A stretch of 63,995 bases of DNA, the filler included, from Dugesia japonica (lineage: Eukaryota): assembly GCA_001938525.1 (NCBI GenBank). It is 6 parts of 6 records of this genome, joined end to end, with 100 filler letters (N's around TTAATTAATTAA, not from the genome) between each part and the next. Parts side by side here need not be neighbours in the genome. Positions count along the whole stretch, not along the records: positions 23,150 to 36,771 come from MQRL01634627.1; positions 36,872 to 45,362 come from MQRL01579154.1; 4 more parts are not named here. The stretch is one strand, 5' to 3'. This document shows, piece after piece, positions 23,150 through 37,196 of this stretch. Every line of letters starts with the position of its first letter. Position 1 is the first letter of the stretch. The notes below the pieces were generated by a model. The model was not told the DNA's origin and did not search any database. It was given only the letters and a program-made list of their open reading frames with translations. A program made the translations under genes and the position numbers.

Positions 23150-23863
23150 AAACATTGAGGAATTATCTGATGTTTCATATATTGTATTTTCAAGTCTGTG
23201 TAATTGGCATTTGAGACTATAAAAAGAAGCTTCAATCATTGCATTATTGGAGTAGTCAGAGGCTCCTGAATTTGTAGGGATATAGCTCAGTTCTTTATTT
23301 AGTAATTCAATTGGTTTGTCAGTAAATTTATATGCTGTTAAATTTTGGAACGGAAAAACTGTTGTATTTTCACTATCATCTGAGTGTAGAATTGTTTTCA
23401 TTTTAATTTTTTCTTCTGTTTTAGTTTTTTCAGAAAGTAGAGTTCTCAATTTCTTTTGTTTGTTGAGATCATTAATGTTTTTAAATTTTCTATATAATTC
23501 CTCATCTTCTTCATTTAGACGAAATGGTAGTGGTTTATTTCATTTCAGATAATTGAGTTCGCTATAGAGTCTTTTACGAAGAATTGTAATCCATTGAAAG
23601 CTCTGACGTTTAGATAGTTCTTCGGATTTATGACATTGAAAGGTATTCTTGAGTTTGTTTTTAGTACTCAAACCAAATGGTATTAATTCTCTTCTTTTAG
23701 ATTCACTTAAAAATTTGAAATGATTTTGAATTTTGTAAATTTTTATTGCATTGAATAAATCAAAACGTCCACGGTTGATGGCGCCAGCCATAAGAATTTT
23801 ATAATTACAATTATTGTGAGAATAATTGTTGGACTTAACCATTGATCGCATTTGAGATTTCAT
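23150..23863 (-). mobile_element. Penelope-like retroelement, 5' ORF portion (truncated at contig end)
   Basis: PLE N-terminal motifs HFKFLSESKRRELIPFGL and NLTAYKFTDKPIELLNKELSYIPT. The ORF start matches the pLTR-like copy at 54340-54407. Confidence 0.7.
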
Positions 23864-23884
23864 TGTTGGTTATTGTTTATTAGG

Positions 23885-24440
23885 GCTCCTCTGTAACTGG
23901 GACGTATTGCATTTATTTAATTTTTATCCTCAATTCTATCAATGCTTCGTATAAGCGTAATAATGCCATCCGAATCTTTAATGTTTTGAATTGCTACATC
24001 TTTTTTAATTTCGCCGTTAATACAATAATGCTTATGAAGTTCTTTCCTCATTTCTTCCTTATCGTTGTATGCCATCAGTAACTCAACCATCTTGTCAATT
24101 TCTTCCACAAAGCTGTCAACATCCTTTTCTTGTCGTCTGTATGACAATACACTTTCAATATCCCTTACTAATGACCTTTCATTGACGAATAAACGTCTTA
24201 GTTTATCTTCATAACTATGTCCATCATCGATTTTTTCGAATCTTCTTCTCAATTTATCATCAAGTAGGCCTACAATTACCAGTTCTCTGGTACTTTTGGA
24301 TACTTTTGCTGCATCGAAATACTTTTAGCATTCGATTATAAACGTCTCAACGTCATCTCCTTTATGATATTTTTTGCCTCAAAGCTTGTACGAGCAGGTC
24401 CTTTGTCGCACTTGTGTGGAACACCATGTTAGCCACTGCT
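23885..24440 (-). mobile_element. Ty3/gypsy gag remnant with PBS-like start
   Basis: ...aaca-TGGTG junction near 24425. KGDDVETFIIEC*KYF...SYEDKLRRLF is related to the gag at 44132-44365. Confidence 0.6.
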
Positions 24441-24719
24441 ATAATTTCTGCAGTTTATATCTATAAATATTTATTAATAAATTACAATTAAGTCTAATGA
24501 AAAATTTATTCCAACAAAATAGCAATATTAAAACAATTAATTATTTTAATTATTTTCTTTTTTTAATTGAAATTTCTTCAATTATTATTAAATGAAATTT
24601 TTATGAAACTTTTCAAAAATTTTTATGTATAATATTAAAACATCCTTACAGATTTCATCTGAAATTTTCACATTGATTTACTAATGACATTTTTTAATTT
24701 TTAATTTAATGAGATTTAA

Positions 24720-26081
24720 TATGGTAATTTTTCTAAAATGTAACGTTAAATGAGTTTTTGAGTCTTCATCAAAATTGATTATTTTTCAACTATCATCACG
24801 TATATTGATTTCTATATTGTTTATATATGATGAAGAAATAGTTAAATACATTAAATTTTTAATAATTATTTGAACTACTTTATCATTCTCATGTTCTTTT
24901 ATCCATACTGATTTCAATAGATGGACATTAACATCACCTACAACAATGGGTTCAAAATTACTAAAATAGATGAACATTTCATTATGAAACTTTAATATTT
25001 TATGTTTCTTGATATTTTCATATCGTAGTTGTTCATCCTCAGTAAATATTTGAAGAGTATTTTTATTTAATATTTTCTTCGATAAGATAAACAAAATCAT
25101 TAACACAATGAAAGATTTGCCGATTTTCAGTTACATTCAGATGTAAGTGTTTTCAAATCAGAAGATTTAAAAATAATATTTGAAATTCTAATTTTCATAA
25201 ACTTAAATTTATATATTATCATTACAAAAATTCATTTCTAAATTTATTTATTTAAATTATAAATTTATTTAAATAATAAATTTATTTAAATAATAAATTT
25301 ATTTAAATAATGAATTATTTGTATTGAGAAATTCTTTTAATTTCTGACTTCCAAAAACAGTATAAACAGCTGAAAAAACCGTTGTTTACTGGTTTTTGAT
25401 TTTCACCAAAAAACGGCTGTTTTGCTGTTACTGTTTAACAGTTTTGAAAAGCCCTAGTTACAATAGCATATTATTATTTAATTTTTTTTTCAACGGAATC
25501 ATAGGTTTTAAATTCATGAAAGCTAATTGAAAAGTTTTATGATCATCAAAACTATACTATACTTTTTCTTAACTTCCCTTCAACAATATGTAAATCTTAC
25601 CAAATTTTATAAAGTATCAAATGATAAACTGTGGAATTCAATATCACTACTAAAGGTTATCTTATTTGTCTTGAATGTTATATCCGTTTCTGTATTATTT
25701 TTATATTTATCCTGAGAAATAACAGTTAAATGCACTGTTTCTTCTATGTTGTTAACATCAAGTATTAGTTCCTTCTCAATTAGTTTAAATAATTTATATT
25801 TAATTCTAGATTGACTGTAAATTAGTATTGTTGTTAGTATTTTCATTATATCCATTTACGATAGATTATCAGTATTATATGCTTTATATACTATTGTTGG
25901 AAATCATTTCAACATTAATTTGTTCAGGCTGTACACTAGTTGGTTCGATAACTATTTTTGGTCTTTTGTTTTCCATTTTTGAGTTGCTTTCATTAATTTT
26001 ATACTTTTCATAAACCTGCCGAGGTTTTGGATACGTCCATATTATCTTCATTTTTGGCTCCATTTCAACAATTTGATGCAA
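24720..26081 (-). pseudogene. Maverick/Polinton minor-capsid (penton)-like gene remnant, interrupted by an insertion
   Basis: C-terminal motifs MFIYFSNFEPIVVGDVNVHLLKSV and YLTISSSYINNIEINIRDDS...FDEDSKTHLTLHFRK. Upstream same-strand ORF pieces at 25607-26081 are tentatively included. Confidence 0.55.
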
Positions 26082-26289
26082 ATTTCAAGTCAAAATAAGG
26101 AAATGATTTCAGTCCACCCAATTGTTTATTTGAGTTAATTCTATTGCAATTATAATTAATGACACTATAAAAGTCAACCATTGATTATTTCAAATGAGTT
26201 AAATCTAATACAGTTACTGCAATTGGTAGTAATGCTGCTATAAAGCCACCTCTTTGATTATTCATTACTCGCCTCATTAGTAACTTTGT

Positions 26290-27030
26290 TTGGTCTTTTG
26301 TTTGCTTAAAAACGTTGCTGATGATGGTCTTAACAAATTAAATAGTAGTCTTCGAGCTAATGGATATAATCAAAAAATGATTTGTAATAATATAAGGAGT
26401 ACTCTAAAAAAACTGTGCTCAACATCAAAAAATGACCAAGAAGAAAACATGAAAAATAATGAAGAAAAAGAAGAAAAAAACTATATAACTACCATTCTCG
26501 GAAAGATCTAAATCATTTAAATGCTCTCAAATAAAATATTTTGATGATTATAAAATTAGATTCATTTACACTTCAAGGAAAACCTCAAGTTATTTACGCA
26601 AAAAATCTACTACACTCGCTAACTTAGTTTACCAATTTAAGTTGGATAGACAAAACGTCATCTTTGTACACGTGTTAGCGAGCATATGCAATGGAGTAGG
26701 AAAAGTTCGGTTTTAGATCATGCCTGTTCCTGCAAAAAATAGAAAAGACAAAATAATCATCGATGAGTTTACAGTTTTTAACAGCGGTTTTGGTAACTAT
26801 TTTGAAAGAATTGCGTGTGAGGCTTTGAGAATTGGGTTGCATAATCCGATTTTTAATACTCAAATTGACACACATTTACTTTTAAGTTTATTTTAATCTT
26901 ATTTTATTGAATTGATTACGTAACGGATTTTATTGGCGAGTATATAAACCATTTCCTTCTTATTTTCACGCATTAACTGATGATGGACATAGATTTGTCC
27001 GAAACATCTCTTACGAATAAATGTTTTAAA
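26290..27030 (+). mobile_element. Penelope-like retroelement 3' end (GIY-YIG remnant plus pLTR)
   Basis: LRANGYNQKMI, VG*TKRHLCTRVSEH and EALRIGLHNPIFNTQ, then a TATATAAA box (26941), a hammerhead motif and AATAAA (27016). Confidence 0.8.
26971..27015 (+). ncRNA. Minimal hammerhead ribozyme motif of the Penelope pLTR
   Basis: CTGATGA (26977) - t - GGACA - tagatt - TGTCC - GAAAC (27001) - atctc. Stem II is a perfect 5-bp helix; stems I and III are weak or mutated. Confidence 0.65.
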
Positions 27031-27837
27031 AATTGCTTTTTTTATTTTATTTAGATCAAAGCCGTACATATGTTTTGAGCCACCTTGTAAAAATGCACAT
27101 AATAGTAGATAACTAATTAAATTAAAAGTTTTATGGTTTGAAATATTTAATTTTTAGATATATGTTTGTCAGTATGTTTTAAGTGAGTTGAAATTTTTGT
27201 GTGATTGGTGATGGTTTTTCTTGAAATCTTTTTTGAAAAAGATTTAAATTGAAATGAAAAATTAAATTACGAATAAATAATTGCTTTAAATTTTGAAATT
27301 AAATTTTAATAAATAAATTGAAAATTTATTTTAAAAACCTGAATAAAAAATCAAATGACTAATAAGTAATTGTTAAATTCTGAAATTAAGTTTTAATAAA
27401 TATATTGAAATTTTATTTTTAAATCTGATTTAAAAAATCAAATGACTTTAAATAGATTTTCAAAAATCTTAGGAAACAATCACCAATTTAAAACAGGAAT
27501 TTAATTTGTTTAAAAATGCAATTAGTGTTGTCATAGTTTTTATTTTAATAAATTTATGGAGTTGAATTCTTAATGTTGAATGTTTATGTTAATTTCCAAA
27601 CTCACCTAACAATGTTGATGTTAGCTTTATATTTCAATAAAAAATTATTACAAATAATTATTGTAGAATTATTAAAATACATTTGTTATAAAGGCGTTTT
27701 TTTAAAATTTTGATATTATTTAAATATATAAAATATTTTAAAATATTCATTAATTTTTAAGTAAAAACCATATTTAAAATATTTTACTCACTGTTACATA
27801 ATATATTCCTATAATTTTAGAAATATCTTTCTTAAAT

Positions 27838-28450
27838 ATGGCTAAGATATCTATAGATATTAGGAAATAAGTCATTCCAAAATTGAAAGAGGGTTTGTCT
27901 CCGAGGAAAGTTGTAATTCAACTTAATATTTAAAAGCATGCCATACAACATATTATACTCAAGACGAAACAACATAAAATATTGGGAACATTTTTTAAAA
28001 GTAGTCGTAAGCCGAAAAATACACATAGATCTGAAATATCACTTATTCGTATGTCAAAGAAAAACCCACAAGAAACAGTCAGTTTTGATTGATTGGAAAA
28101 CAAGCCAAACGTCCTCAGTTAGTACTGTCAAGCTTATTCTGAGAAAGTACGGCTTGTTTGGACGGATTGCAGCGAAGAAACCATTATTAAATGGGCGACA
28201 TATCAAGAATCGCTTAAAGTGGTGCAAAGACTTTGGCAAACTGCTTTCTTCTTTTTAGAATGACGTCATATTTGCTGACAAATGTAAGATAGAAGAAGAA
28301 TATACGTTTGTAAACCAAAACGATCCAGATATATTCCAAAATATCCGGCAAAAACTGTGAAATTCGTAGGTAATAGTTTAATGGTTTGGGGCGCAATCAA
28401 AAAATATGGCATCAGAGTTCTTAAAAAGATGTCCGGATTGGATGAATTCT
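27838..28450 (+). mobile_element. Tc1-like transposase remnant
   Basis: SVSTVKLILRKYGLFGRIAAKKPLLNGRHIKNRLKWCK...VIFADKCKI...LMVWGAI. A possible left TIR lies near 27060. Confidence 0.85.
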
Positions 28451-29821
28451 GTAACCCATAAATATTTAAGAAAAATTAAGTGATAACCGAAAAAAATTCA
28501 AGAACAGTCTAAGGTTTACTGCTACGGGGGTACCTGATAAAGGGTACTGTGCCCGTTCACTACTAACTACCTACTGAGATTATCTCCCGTATGCTCAAAG
28601 TCAGAAGTTTTAAATAGTCAGTTAAGCAACTCGTACAACACAAGGATATTATTGCGATATTTGAGTCAAGTTGGAGGAAGTAAAAAACAGATAATGGAGC
28701 AAATTCATGCAATATGCAGTGGCATGCCAAAGAAAAAGACAAAGAAAACTTCATATTTTGATGTATTCAAAACATGAAAACGATAAGACAGTAGTAGTGA
28801 CGATATCTATGATAACTTCTATGGTAAAAGACAAATGGCGAGAAGCTGTACCAACACACGAATAATAAAAAGTTCAAAGGCAGTGTCAAACAAACTGTTA
28901 GAATGAGTGGTTNNNNNNNNNNNNNNNNNNNNNNNNNNNNNNNNNNNNNNNNNNNNNNNNNNNNNNNNNNNNNNNNNNNNNNNNNNNNAAAGGAGGACGA
29001 CAGTGCGAAAAAAACGACAGATTTGATAAATATCGAAGCGACAATGAAAGACAATAAAGAAACCAAGAGAAATTGGACAAATATCGAAGTCATATAGTAT
29101 GATGTCATTTTTAAATTCCCATCTAAAAACACTATGATTAAGTTTCATTACATTACTAATCTTGGGGGTACTGAATGTGTGCTGTTCTACTTTTGTATTT
29201 CATAAAAATATTAGGAATTTCATAAATGGATCCAATTCGTTTATTTAAGGACAAACATTTNAATTTTCAATAGAATTTTCGATAATATCTTTGGCAGAAT
29301 ATGATTAGGGAGAAAATTCGTTTGTTATTATTGTAATCTGATCCTAATATTTTAAAATGGCTTATGAATGTTTTAGATTCGTCAAATTGTTCATATCTCT
29401 ATATAAAAGGTTTTAATAAATATATTGAAACATTTATCGATGGAATCTTTTGACGTAAACTGATAAATTGGAATTAATACTTATCCAGATTTATAATATC
29501 GGAAACACTTATAACAACAAAAATCCTTTGTAAATCATTAAATATTATCTTTTGAAGTGTTCCTGTAAATATAAACTAATTATAATATAATTACATATTT
29601 TATAAATTATACTTTACAGAAAAAACTTTATATTTTTATATTTTTTACTTTATGTTATTATGATAAAAAATAATATTAAAAGTTTTGTTAAATTGTTTGT
29701 TTAATTGCTGCTTTAATAGTGGATTTTTAAACAATAATATACGGAAATTTTTGTTAATTTAATAACCTTTGAAATTTATTTAAAATCAAATTAGATGTTT
29801 TTGTTACTTAATTGACATTCT

Positions 29822-32800
29822 ATGTATCCCGGTGGTAATAATAATAATTTTTTCCATAATAGCCTTAATCAACCGCCAAGTATTTTTTATTCTCTTTTCA
29901 AACAATATAAAATTTTTAAGTTGGCTTTAATGATTCGCAACATATTAGATATCCAATATATTCAGGCCAGAATTTAACAGGTAATTTAATAATTATGTAA
30001 TTTAAATTAATTTTATTAAGGACTTCCAATTGGATTCAATGTGGGTCAACCGGAATGTAACTACGATAATTTTTTGACTTAATATAACTTTAGAACTAGT
30101 CGCTCAACAACATTCTGGATATCAGCCACCTTTAAATTCTAGTGGTTACAATCAAATTTCTAATATGCCTTCATATCAGTCATTGTCAAATTTCGATCAT
30201 ATTGGTCAACCAACTCCTATATATAATCAAGAATATTATATAGAACGACCCCAGTATCAAAATAATTATTCTGTTACTCAGACTGGTGGTTATAGTATAC
30301 CATTTAGTGATGTGCATTCGAATCAACAATCGCCATCCAATTATGGAAGAGTATACAGCCAAGTATTTTATTGTTTTTATTTTAATTCATAATTGTTGAA
30401 TTAATAGCAAGAATGTTATCCTTCCGAAAATCTTTCTAATATATCACTAACAAATCAGTCTAAAGAAGTGCGTATTATTATTGAATTTAAAATTAAAGTT
30501 ATATATAACTATTTATAAAAATTCACATAGGAACTTAGTCAATATTACCTAATTTAAGATAATGCAACTAATGACGCTACCTTGTTATTAGTGCAGTTGT
30601 AGGGCATCACATAGCAAATCAGTAAACATATTCTTTGTGTTGTACATAACATCCNNNNNNNNNNNNNNNNNNNNNNNNNNNNNNNNNNNNNNNNNNNNNA
30701 TGTATTTTTAAATCATTATGACTTCAATTTCACTAATATTGATCAAGAATTAATACCAATTTCATATATTGATGATTTAGAATTACTTATAACTTGAAAC
30801 TGTGTCATTGACACAGTTGCCTGAAAGATCTGCTAATGAACTGACTATTAAAATTAGATAGATTAACAAAATTGAAATCAGTGTATTGACGAATTTCCAG
30901 CGATTATTATTATTAGGGTGGATAAGTATTCAAGTTGATTTCTATCACTAACAAAATTTGTCAGACACTACTCAACAGGCAAATCAAAAAGTCCTTTTTA
31001 CATCGCATTGTTACTTGTGATGAAAAATGTATTTCTCATGAAAATTCGAAACTAATAAAATCATGGGTGAAGCCTGGTCAAGCNNNNNNNNNNNNNNNNN
31101 NNNNNNNNNNNNNNNNNNNNNNNNNNNNNNNNNNNNNNNNGTTATCCATTTTTTTGGGATCGAAGAGGGATTATTTATTTTGAGCTTCTGAACAAACGTG
31201 AAACAGTTGATGGTCGGCGTTATTAACAACAATTAATAAAATTGAGGCAAATATTACGCGAAAAACGTCCAGACTATTCTAATAGACTTCAAACGGTGTT
31301 GCTACAGCATGATAATACTCGACCACACACTTCAATTTTAGTGGGGAATACGATAGCAGAATCTAGATGGGAAGTTTTACCTCACCAGACATCGCACCAA
31401 GTGATTATCTTCTTTTTCGCTCAATGTAATATGGCCTTTGTGAACAGCATTTGAACAATCATTATGATATCCAGAAATGGCTTGACTATTAGGTCAATTC
31501 CAAGGAATTAAATTTTTTTTATCGTGGAATTCGTTTGTTGCCAAAAAATGGGGAAATGTTGTTAGCAATAATCAATGCTACTTTAAATGTAAAAGTTATG
31601 TAAAAATAAATCTATTTTGAGTTTTTATTTACAATTATTATTAAAAAACAGCGAGAATTAATGCAATTACCTAATAAAAATAATTAAAAGATAAAATAAT
31701 TAAATAATGATCAGTTTTTGAAATAATTATTGGGTTTAATCATTATACTATAAGATTTACTAAATTAATTAGAATTCTAATGTTATTTACGTATTTAATG
31801 CTAATACGAATGTACTCCTAGGTGAACGTTTGGTGACGCGCTTTCTACGAGGTTATTTATAAGTTATGTTTTCATGCATTTAACGTAATGTGGATTTTTA
31901 ATACAGATCTGGCGTCGACATCATGAATTAAGATATCTTAAAACCTTGTTTATCAATTTAAGTGTAATAGATATAATGCTGTCATATCTATACAAGGGTT
32001 TAAGAGTAAAATCGTATTGGTAGTGGTAGTAAAATTGACAAGCATAAAATAAAAATAGATGTAATGACATTTTTGAATTTTAAAATTTATTGGGNGAGAA
32101 TGTTGCATGAGGCATTAATGATTAAATTTCATTATCCAACCATTAATATGCAGATAACTCTTTTGACTAAATTAATAGAAAAGTTTTAATTAAAATTTGT
32201 ATTTCTATACTATAAATATTTTCATCAGATTTTTAAAAAAATTTTAAATAATTTTGATTTGTGTATATTTTTAAATATTTCGAAAATTTCAATATAGGTA
32301 TTAATTATATAAATTCTCATTATTTAGATTTTTCAACAGAACATGTCATCTTAAGATACAATATTTAATCCATTTACAAAGTTCTTATATTTTAAATGTT
32401 ATCAGTATTAAATGTTGTTTTGATTGAATTAACTAGAACTTTTAGTATATAAGAACTTCATAAATAGATTAAATATCATGTTTGAAGATGACAGATGTTC
32501 TGTTGGAAAATGTTAGAAAATATATTTTGAAATGGTGTTTAAGAATTTTCATTGAAAAAATTGCTATTCTTTGATTATATAAAATTTAAAAATAATTTCA
32601 CAATATAAAATTATTTAAAAATACTACAAATTACAATTGCTCAATTTAAAATTTAAGATTAATTTTCCAAAACATCTTAGGGCAACAATAACACAGAATA
32701 CACATAGGTGTGTGTTATGTAACATCAATTGTTGATTATTAATTTTCTACTTTGACATATTTAGTGAAATGAAATAGATATGCATAGAAATGCATAGATT

Positions 32801-33356
32801 CATATAAGAATTTGTTTATTCGAAAGGAAATACTTTGCAGAAGTGGATTTTATTAACTTTTTTTGTTTTGTTTTGAATTTTTACCGTGAAAAAGTTGAAG
32901 TGTTTCTTGTTTCTTATATTTAGTTTATCATAATTTTGTTCAATTCCCGTTACTTCTACTTAACCACGTATTTTCTCTTATTCACATCTTATCCTAATTT
33001 TTCCAAATTTATATGATTGAATCTAGTTCTTCCACAACATTTAAATTTTTAGAAAGTTATTCAAATTTATATATACGTTTTTTTACTTAGATTTGCTACG
33101 CGATTAATGTAGAAAGCATTGGTGCCTGTGGTGAAATCTATAAAGGAACAATTAAACCTTTTCTGAATTTCAATGCAGAGCAAGACTGTAATGTTTTAAG
33201 AAAGGCAATGAAAGGAATAGGTGAGAATCAGTGTTATGAAGTAATTTAAAATAAAATTTAGGAACCGACGAAAAAGCAATTATAGAATGCCTTGGTCGGC
33301 GTTGCAATGCCCAAAGACTTGAAATAAAGAAAACATTTAAAACTATGTTTGGAAAA
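29822..33356 (+). CDS. Annexin with long P/Q/Y/G-rich N-terminus (ANXA7/ANXA11-like), 5' part; exons 29822-29879, 29921-29980, 30021-30056, 30100-30362, 30408-30467, 33091-33220, 33262-33356
   Basis: GT-AG introns splice in frame: [10 protein letters not shown]...[59 protein letters not shown] (annexin repeat 1). The remaining exons were not found before the contig end. Confidence 0.88.
30935..31676 (+). mobile_element. mariner element, 3' half, inside an annexin intron
   Basis: [21 protein letters not shown] and SDYLLFRSM (D,D34D-type). 3' TIR ...gcaattacctaata ends at 31676. Confidence 0.85.
31920..32170 (+). mobile_element. Penelope-like GIY-YIG C-terminal fragment
   Basis: [19 protein letters not shown] resembles the EALxIxxxxPxxNxQ tail also seen at 26820. 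Confidence 0.45.
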
Positions 33357-34139
33357 GTATTTTGCTTTGTTTGTATAATATCGAAATTTTAAAATTGTTT
33401 AACGGTTTTTATATTTATTTATATTTTTTGTTAATGTTCTTCAGTATTTTTCATAAAAATGTATAAAGCTACATATTCTTGCTTCTTTTCTTCATCTCTT
33501 ATTAATTTCATCATTTTTGAAATTCTAATTACTATCAAATTAAATTGTAAGTGTCAAAATTACAAACTTTCGTAAACATCAAATAATTTTAATACCATAA
33601 AGTATATTTATTCAATCTATTGAAACTAAAGGTAATACAGATTATATTGGTAATTTAAAAAATAAATTTGAAAATGTTAAACAATTTCTTTCAAAATTTG
33701 AAATTAATCAAGATTTCAAAAACATCGAGCACAAAATTTCAATAAGTGTAAAAATTTCAATAAAGAAAATGTAGATTTAATTTCCAAAATAAATATCAAT
33801 AATGTAAAAATTTCGAATTTATGCAATTTGAAAAAACTAGAAAATTTGTATTTAAGCCAATTTAAATTAGAAAAACAATTAAATTACCAACAGATTTTAG
33901 ATTTAATCAGAAAAAATTACCAAGAAAATGGATGTTATGATAATAATATTGAAAAAATACTCTCGCTTTATGGAAAATAAAGGATATGATATTATGTAAG
34001 AATATATTTGCATAAATTCGTCTATAAAAAAAATTTTGAAAGAGCCGCGAAAAAATTTGAAATGAGCTGCATGTGGCCCTTGGGCCGCGATTTGGACATC
34101 ACTTGATTCTTTTGATATTTCCCGAAAAGTATCTATTTA

Positions 34140-34990
34140 TAATGAATTTAATGGAGGCTTGTTTAACAACCTCCTAATTGAATTAAATAACACAAATGAC
34201 AATGCAGTAAGGCTCGTTAATGATTCCAAAAAGATACCAAAATTGGAAATCATATTATGAATCAAAATACAGATTTGGCAACATTTTTGTTGCATTTCTT
34301 GTGGGATTTTGACACTGGTCTGTTAAAAATAGAAGGGAAAATAAATTAATATGGAACGCTACCCTCAATAACAGTCTTAATTAAGTTTTTAGAAACAATC
34401 CAAATGTTGAGACGTAATTTGCTAATCATGTGAACAATGGTTTTGTTACTTATGCCATTATTAAAAGAATTATTCACGATCAATGCCTTACCAATATCAA
34501 AATGCCAAAAGTTCGAGAAAAATTGGTATCTTTAATCAGTTTACCCAATAAAATTGATGTCGATAGTAGGTTTGCTCCTACTCGTTTTTCTAAGAAACTC
34601 TCACACTTCAGGAAAGAATTACTTTTCTGGCTAAACTGTTGTATGATTATCAATATTCTTATCCGGAAGAAATCAGAAATGCATTTAGTAATTACATTTC
34701 GAAAACCAGAAATATCAAACCAAAGAAAATAAATAATACTAATCGTTTTAGAAATGAGAGATCAAAATTTGATTTTTCTTTACGAAAAAAGTTTAAACAA
34801 TATTCTAAATTTGTGTTTGAACTTATCAAATGTGATACTAATGTCAATATTTCTCCAACTAAGAATGATTTTGAAGGTTACTTCGGTTCTAAATCTATTG
34901 ATGCTCAAAATACTCCTTTGGACATTTTACTTCGGATTCGCCACGGTCCCAATTTTAATTTTGAAGGAATCAATCAATGCCAACTCATTC
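34140..34990 (+). mobile_element. Degraded non-LTR retrotransposon (R2/R4-like pre-RT region), tentative
   Basis: RFRNERSKFDFSLRKKFKQYSKFVFELIKCDTNVNISPTKNDFEGYFG resembles the region before the RT of RLE-clade elements. It is preceded by a hAT-like end at 34040-34105. Confidence 0.35.
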
Positions 34991-35059
34991 AAATTCTCAA
35001 TTTTATGTTAAATATTATTTTTAATTAAAGTAATTTGAGCAATAACCAACTTTTATAAT

Positions 35060-36292
35060 ATGCCCAAATAAAAATTTCTATCACAGGAAGAAATTGGGAG
35101 AATTTCTGCATATAAACACGAAGGTGTGTCAAATCGAATGATTGCAAAATATCTAAAACTATCTCCATGTATTTCAATATCTCCATTTTAACTTTTTAAT
35201 TTTAACAATTATATCAACAATACAAGTCAATATAATAAAATTATGAGAAAAGAGCGTCAAACAGTTATATATTAAATCGTGATAAAAAACATTATTCAAG
35301 TCGAAAGTAATAAATCAATCTCTTCCAATCAAATTATTTGTGACTTGTCGTTAACTTGCTCTTGGTGGACTGTTAATAGGTACATTAATAAATCAGGCAT
35401 GCTTAATTATATGAATAAACAAATAACTCAGCAATTGAGAGTGCACCACAAAGTGATGATACTAGCCTGGGCGAATGAGTACATGCCCTAGAATCTTGAA
35501 TGGCAAAAAATGGTGTGGTCCAATGAGCAAAATTAAATTTAGATGGCACTGATGGTTTTAATTATTACTGGCATGATATTTGCAAAGAGAGAATTACATC
35601 AATTCAAAGATCAACGGGTTATGATTCGGGGTGCTTTTGGAAATTTCAGGAAAATTGATATTAGTTTTATTGATACAAAACTTAATACGGAGGGTTATTG
35701 AGAAATACTTAAAATACATTAGCCAACATAATTGAAAGATTTGGCGGTTCAGGTTCAAGATACCGTGCAAAAGCTAATTATCTCTGGTTCCATGAAAACA
35801 AAATACAATTATTAGAATGACATCACTTTTTCCAAACTTCCCATACATTTTCAATGGGAAATGTATGGGAAATGATGGGTAGAAATGTGTGTGCTGGAGT
35901 AAATGAATTTTTCAATGTCAACGACTTGAAATCAGCAATCATCACAGCATGGAAGAACCTTTCACTTGACGAATTAAGAAAACACTCGGACAGCATGCCA
36001 AGAAGAATTTTTTGAAGTTATTATAAACAAAGGGATAAACCAAATATTAGTGTTAATATATGTATACATGTTTTTTTAATAGAAACTTGTNACGAGGTTA
36101 TAATTTTGTACCAATCATTTTTAAGCAAATTCTTATTTAACTATGATACAAATTTCGATTATTTTTTGAAATGTTGAACAACCAACTTATAATTGATTGT
36201 AATATTAAATAAAAATTTTTTTTTAATAATTGTTAATATATCTTAATAATAATTAGAGAAATCGGATAAGGTTATAATTTTGCACCTCACTG
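35060..36292 (+). mobile_element. Tc1/Tc3-like element, decayed
   Basis: MPK*KFLSQEEIGRISAYKHEGVSNRMIAKYL; WQKMVWSNE..NLDGTDGFNYYWHD; LKSAIITAWKNL...DSMPRRIF. 3' TIR ...ttttgcacctcactg ends at 36292. Confidence 0.85.
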
Positions 36293-37196
36293 TCTATTTA
36301 GAATTATTATTATAAGGAAAGAAAAGTGTATGAAAATTTGTATGAATTTAAAAAGCAATTATTATTAATTAAAAAAATTGTTATTTAAATATTGCAGAAA
36401 TTAGAGCAGAATTTTCAAAATAAACATCTTAACCAAAAAGAAGACAAGAAACATTTTACTGTTCAGTCNTAGTTAATTGTATTTCATTTGTTATAATTTT
36501 TACTAGTAACATTTTGATTTTTGTGTAAACAATTTTGGTTATTTGATTTAGTAACTTTTTGTAAATCTTTAATGTATCATTAATATAATTTATTTAGCGA
36601 ATTGTAATTTAATTATTTATTATTCAATAATTACATTTAACTTTTTTATTATTATGAAACCATGTTCTGAATTTAGTTAAAAGGTGTTTAATCTTCACAA
36701 TTATTATTATTGTTAGATTTGTAATTAATAGGGCAATTTTTGTCAATAAAGTCAATTGAATCTTAAATTACNNNNNNNNNNNNNNNNNNNNNNNNNNNNN
36801 NNNNNNNNNNNNNNNTTAATTAATTAANNNNNNNNNNNNNNNNNNNNNNNNNNNNNNNNNNNNNNNNNNNNTTTATTAAAAATGTAATTATAATTCTTTG
36901 AAAAAAAAAAAAAAAATTAATGCACATTTAATTTGAAAATGTTCATACGAGAGAGAGGGTTGGTAATTTATTGGTTTGTGTGTCTAGAGAGTTCGATTCT
37001 AAAATGAGTATGCACAAATTGAGTCTGTCGACGTGATACATGAGATGCACACGTAGAGCTAAAATGTCATCCGTCCATTAATGAAAAAGCGAGAAATAAT
37101 CTGTCATGTGTTTGTTGTTTTTAATGAATTTGATTATGTAAAATTTCAATTAGTAAAACCTTTGATAATTGAAAAATAAAATTGATATCAACTTAC

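Noticed and set aside
27286-27450. Two-copy ~75-bp tandem repeat; also a 17-bp x3 repeat at ~25258 and (TTA)n at ~345
   Set aside because: Ordinary AT-rich slippage or tandem repeats with no further structure.
28540-29100. Possible integrase fragment (KTDNGA motif)
   Set aside because: Too degraded and interrupted by an N gap to assign.
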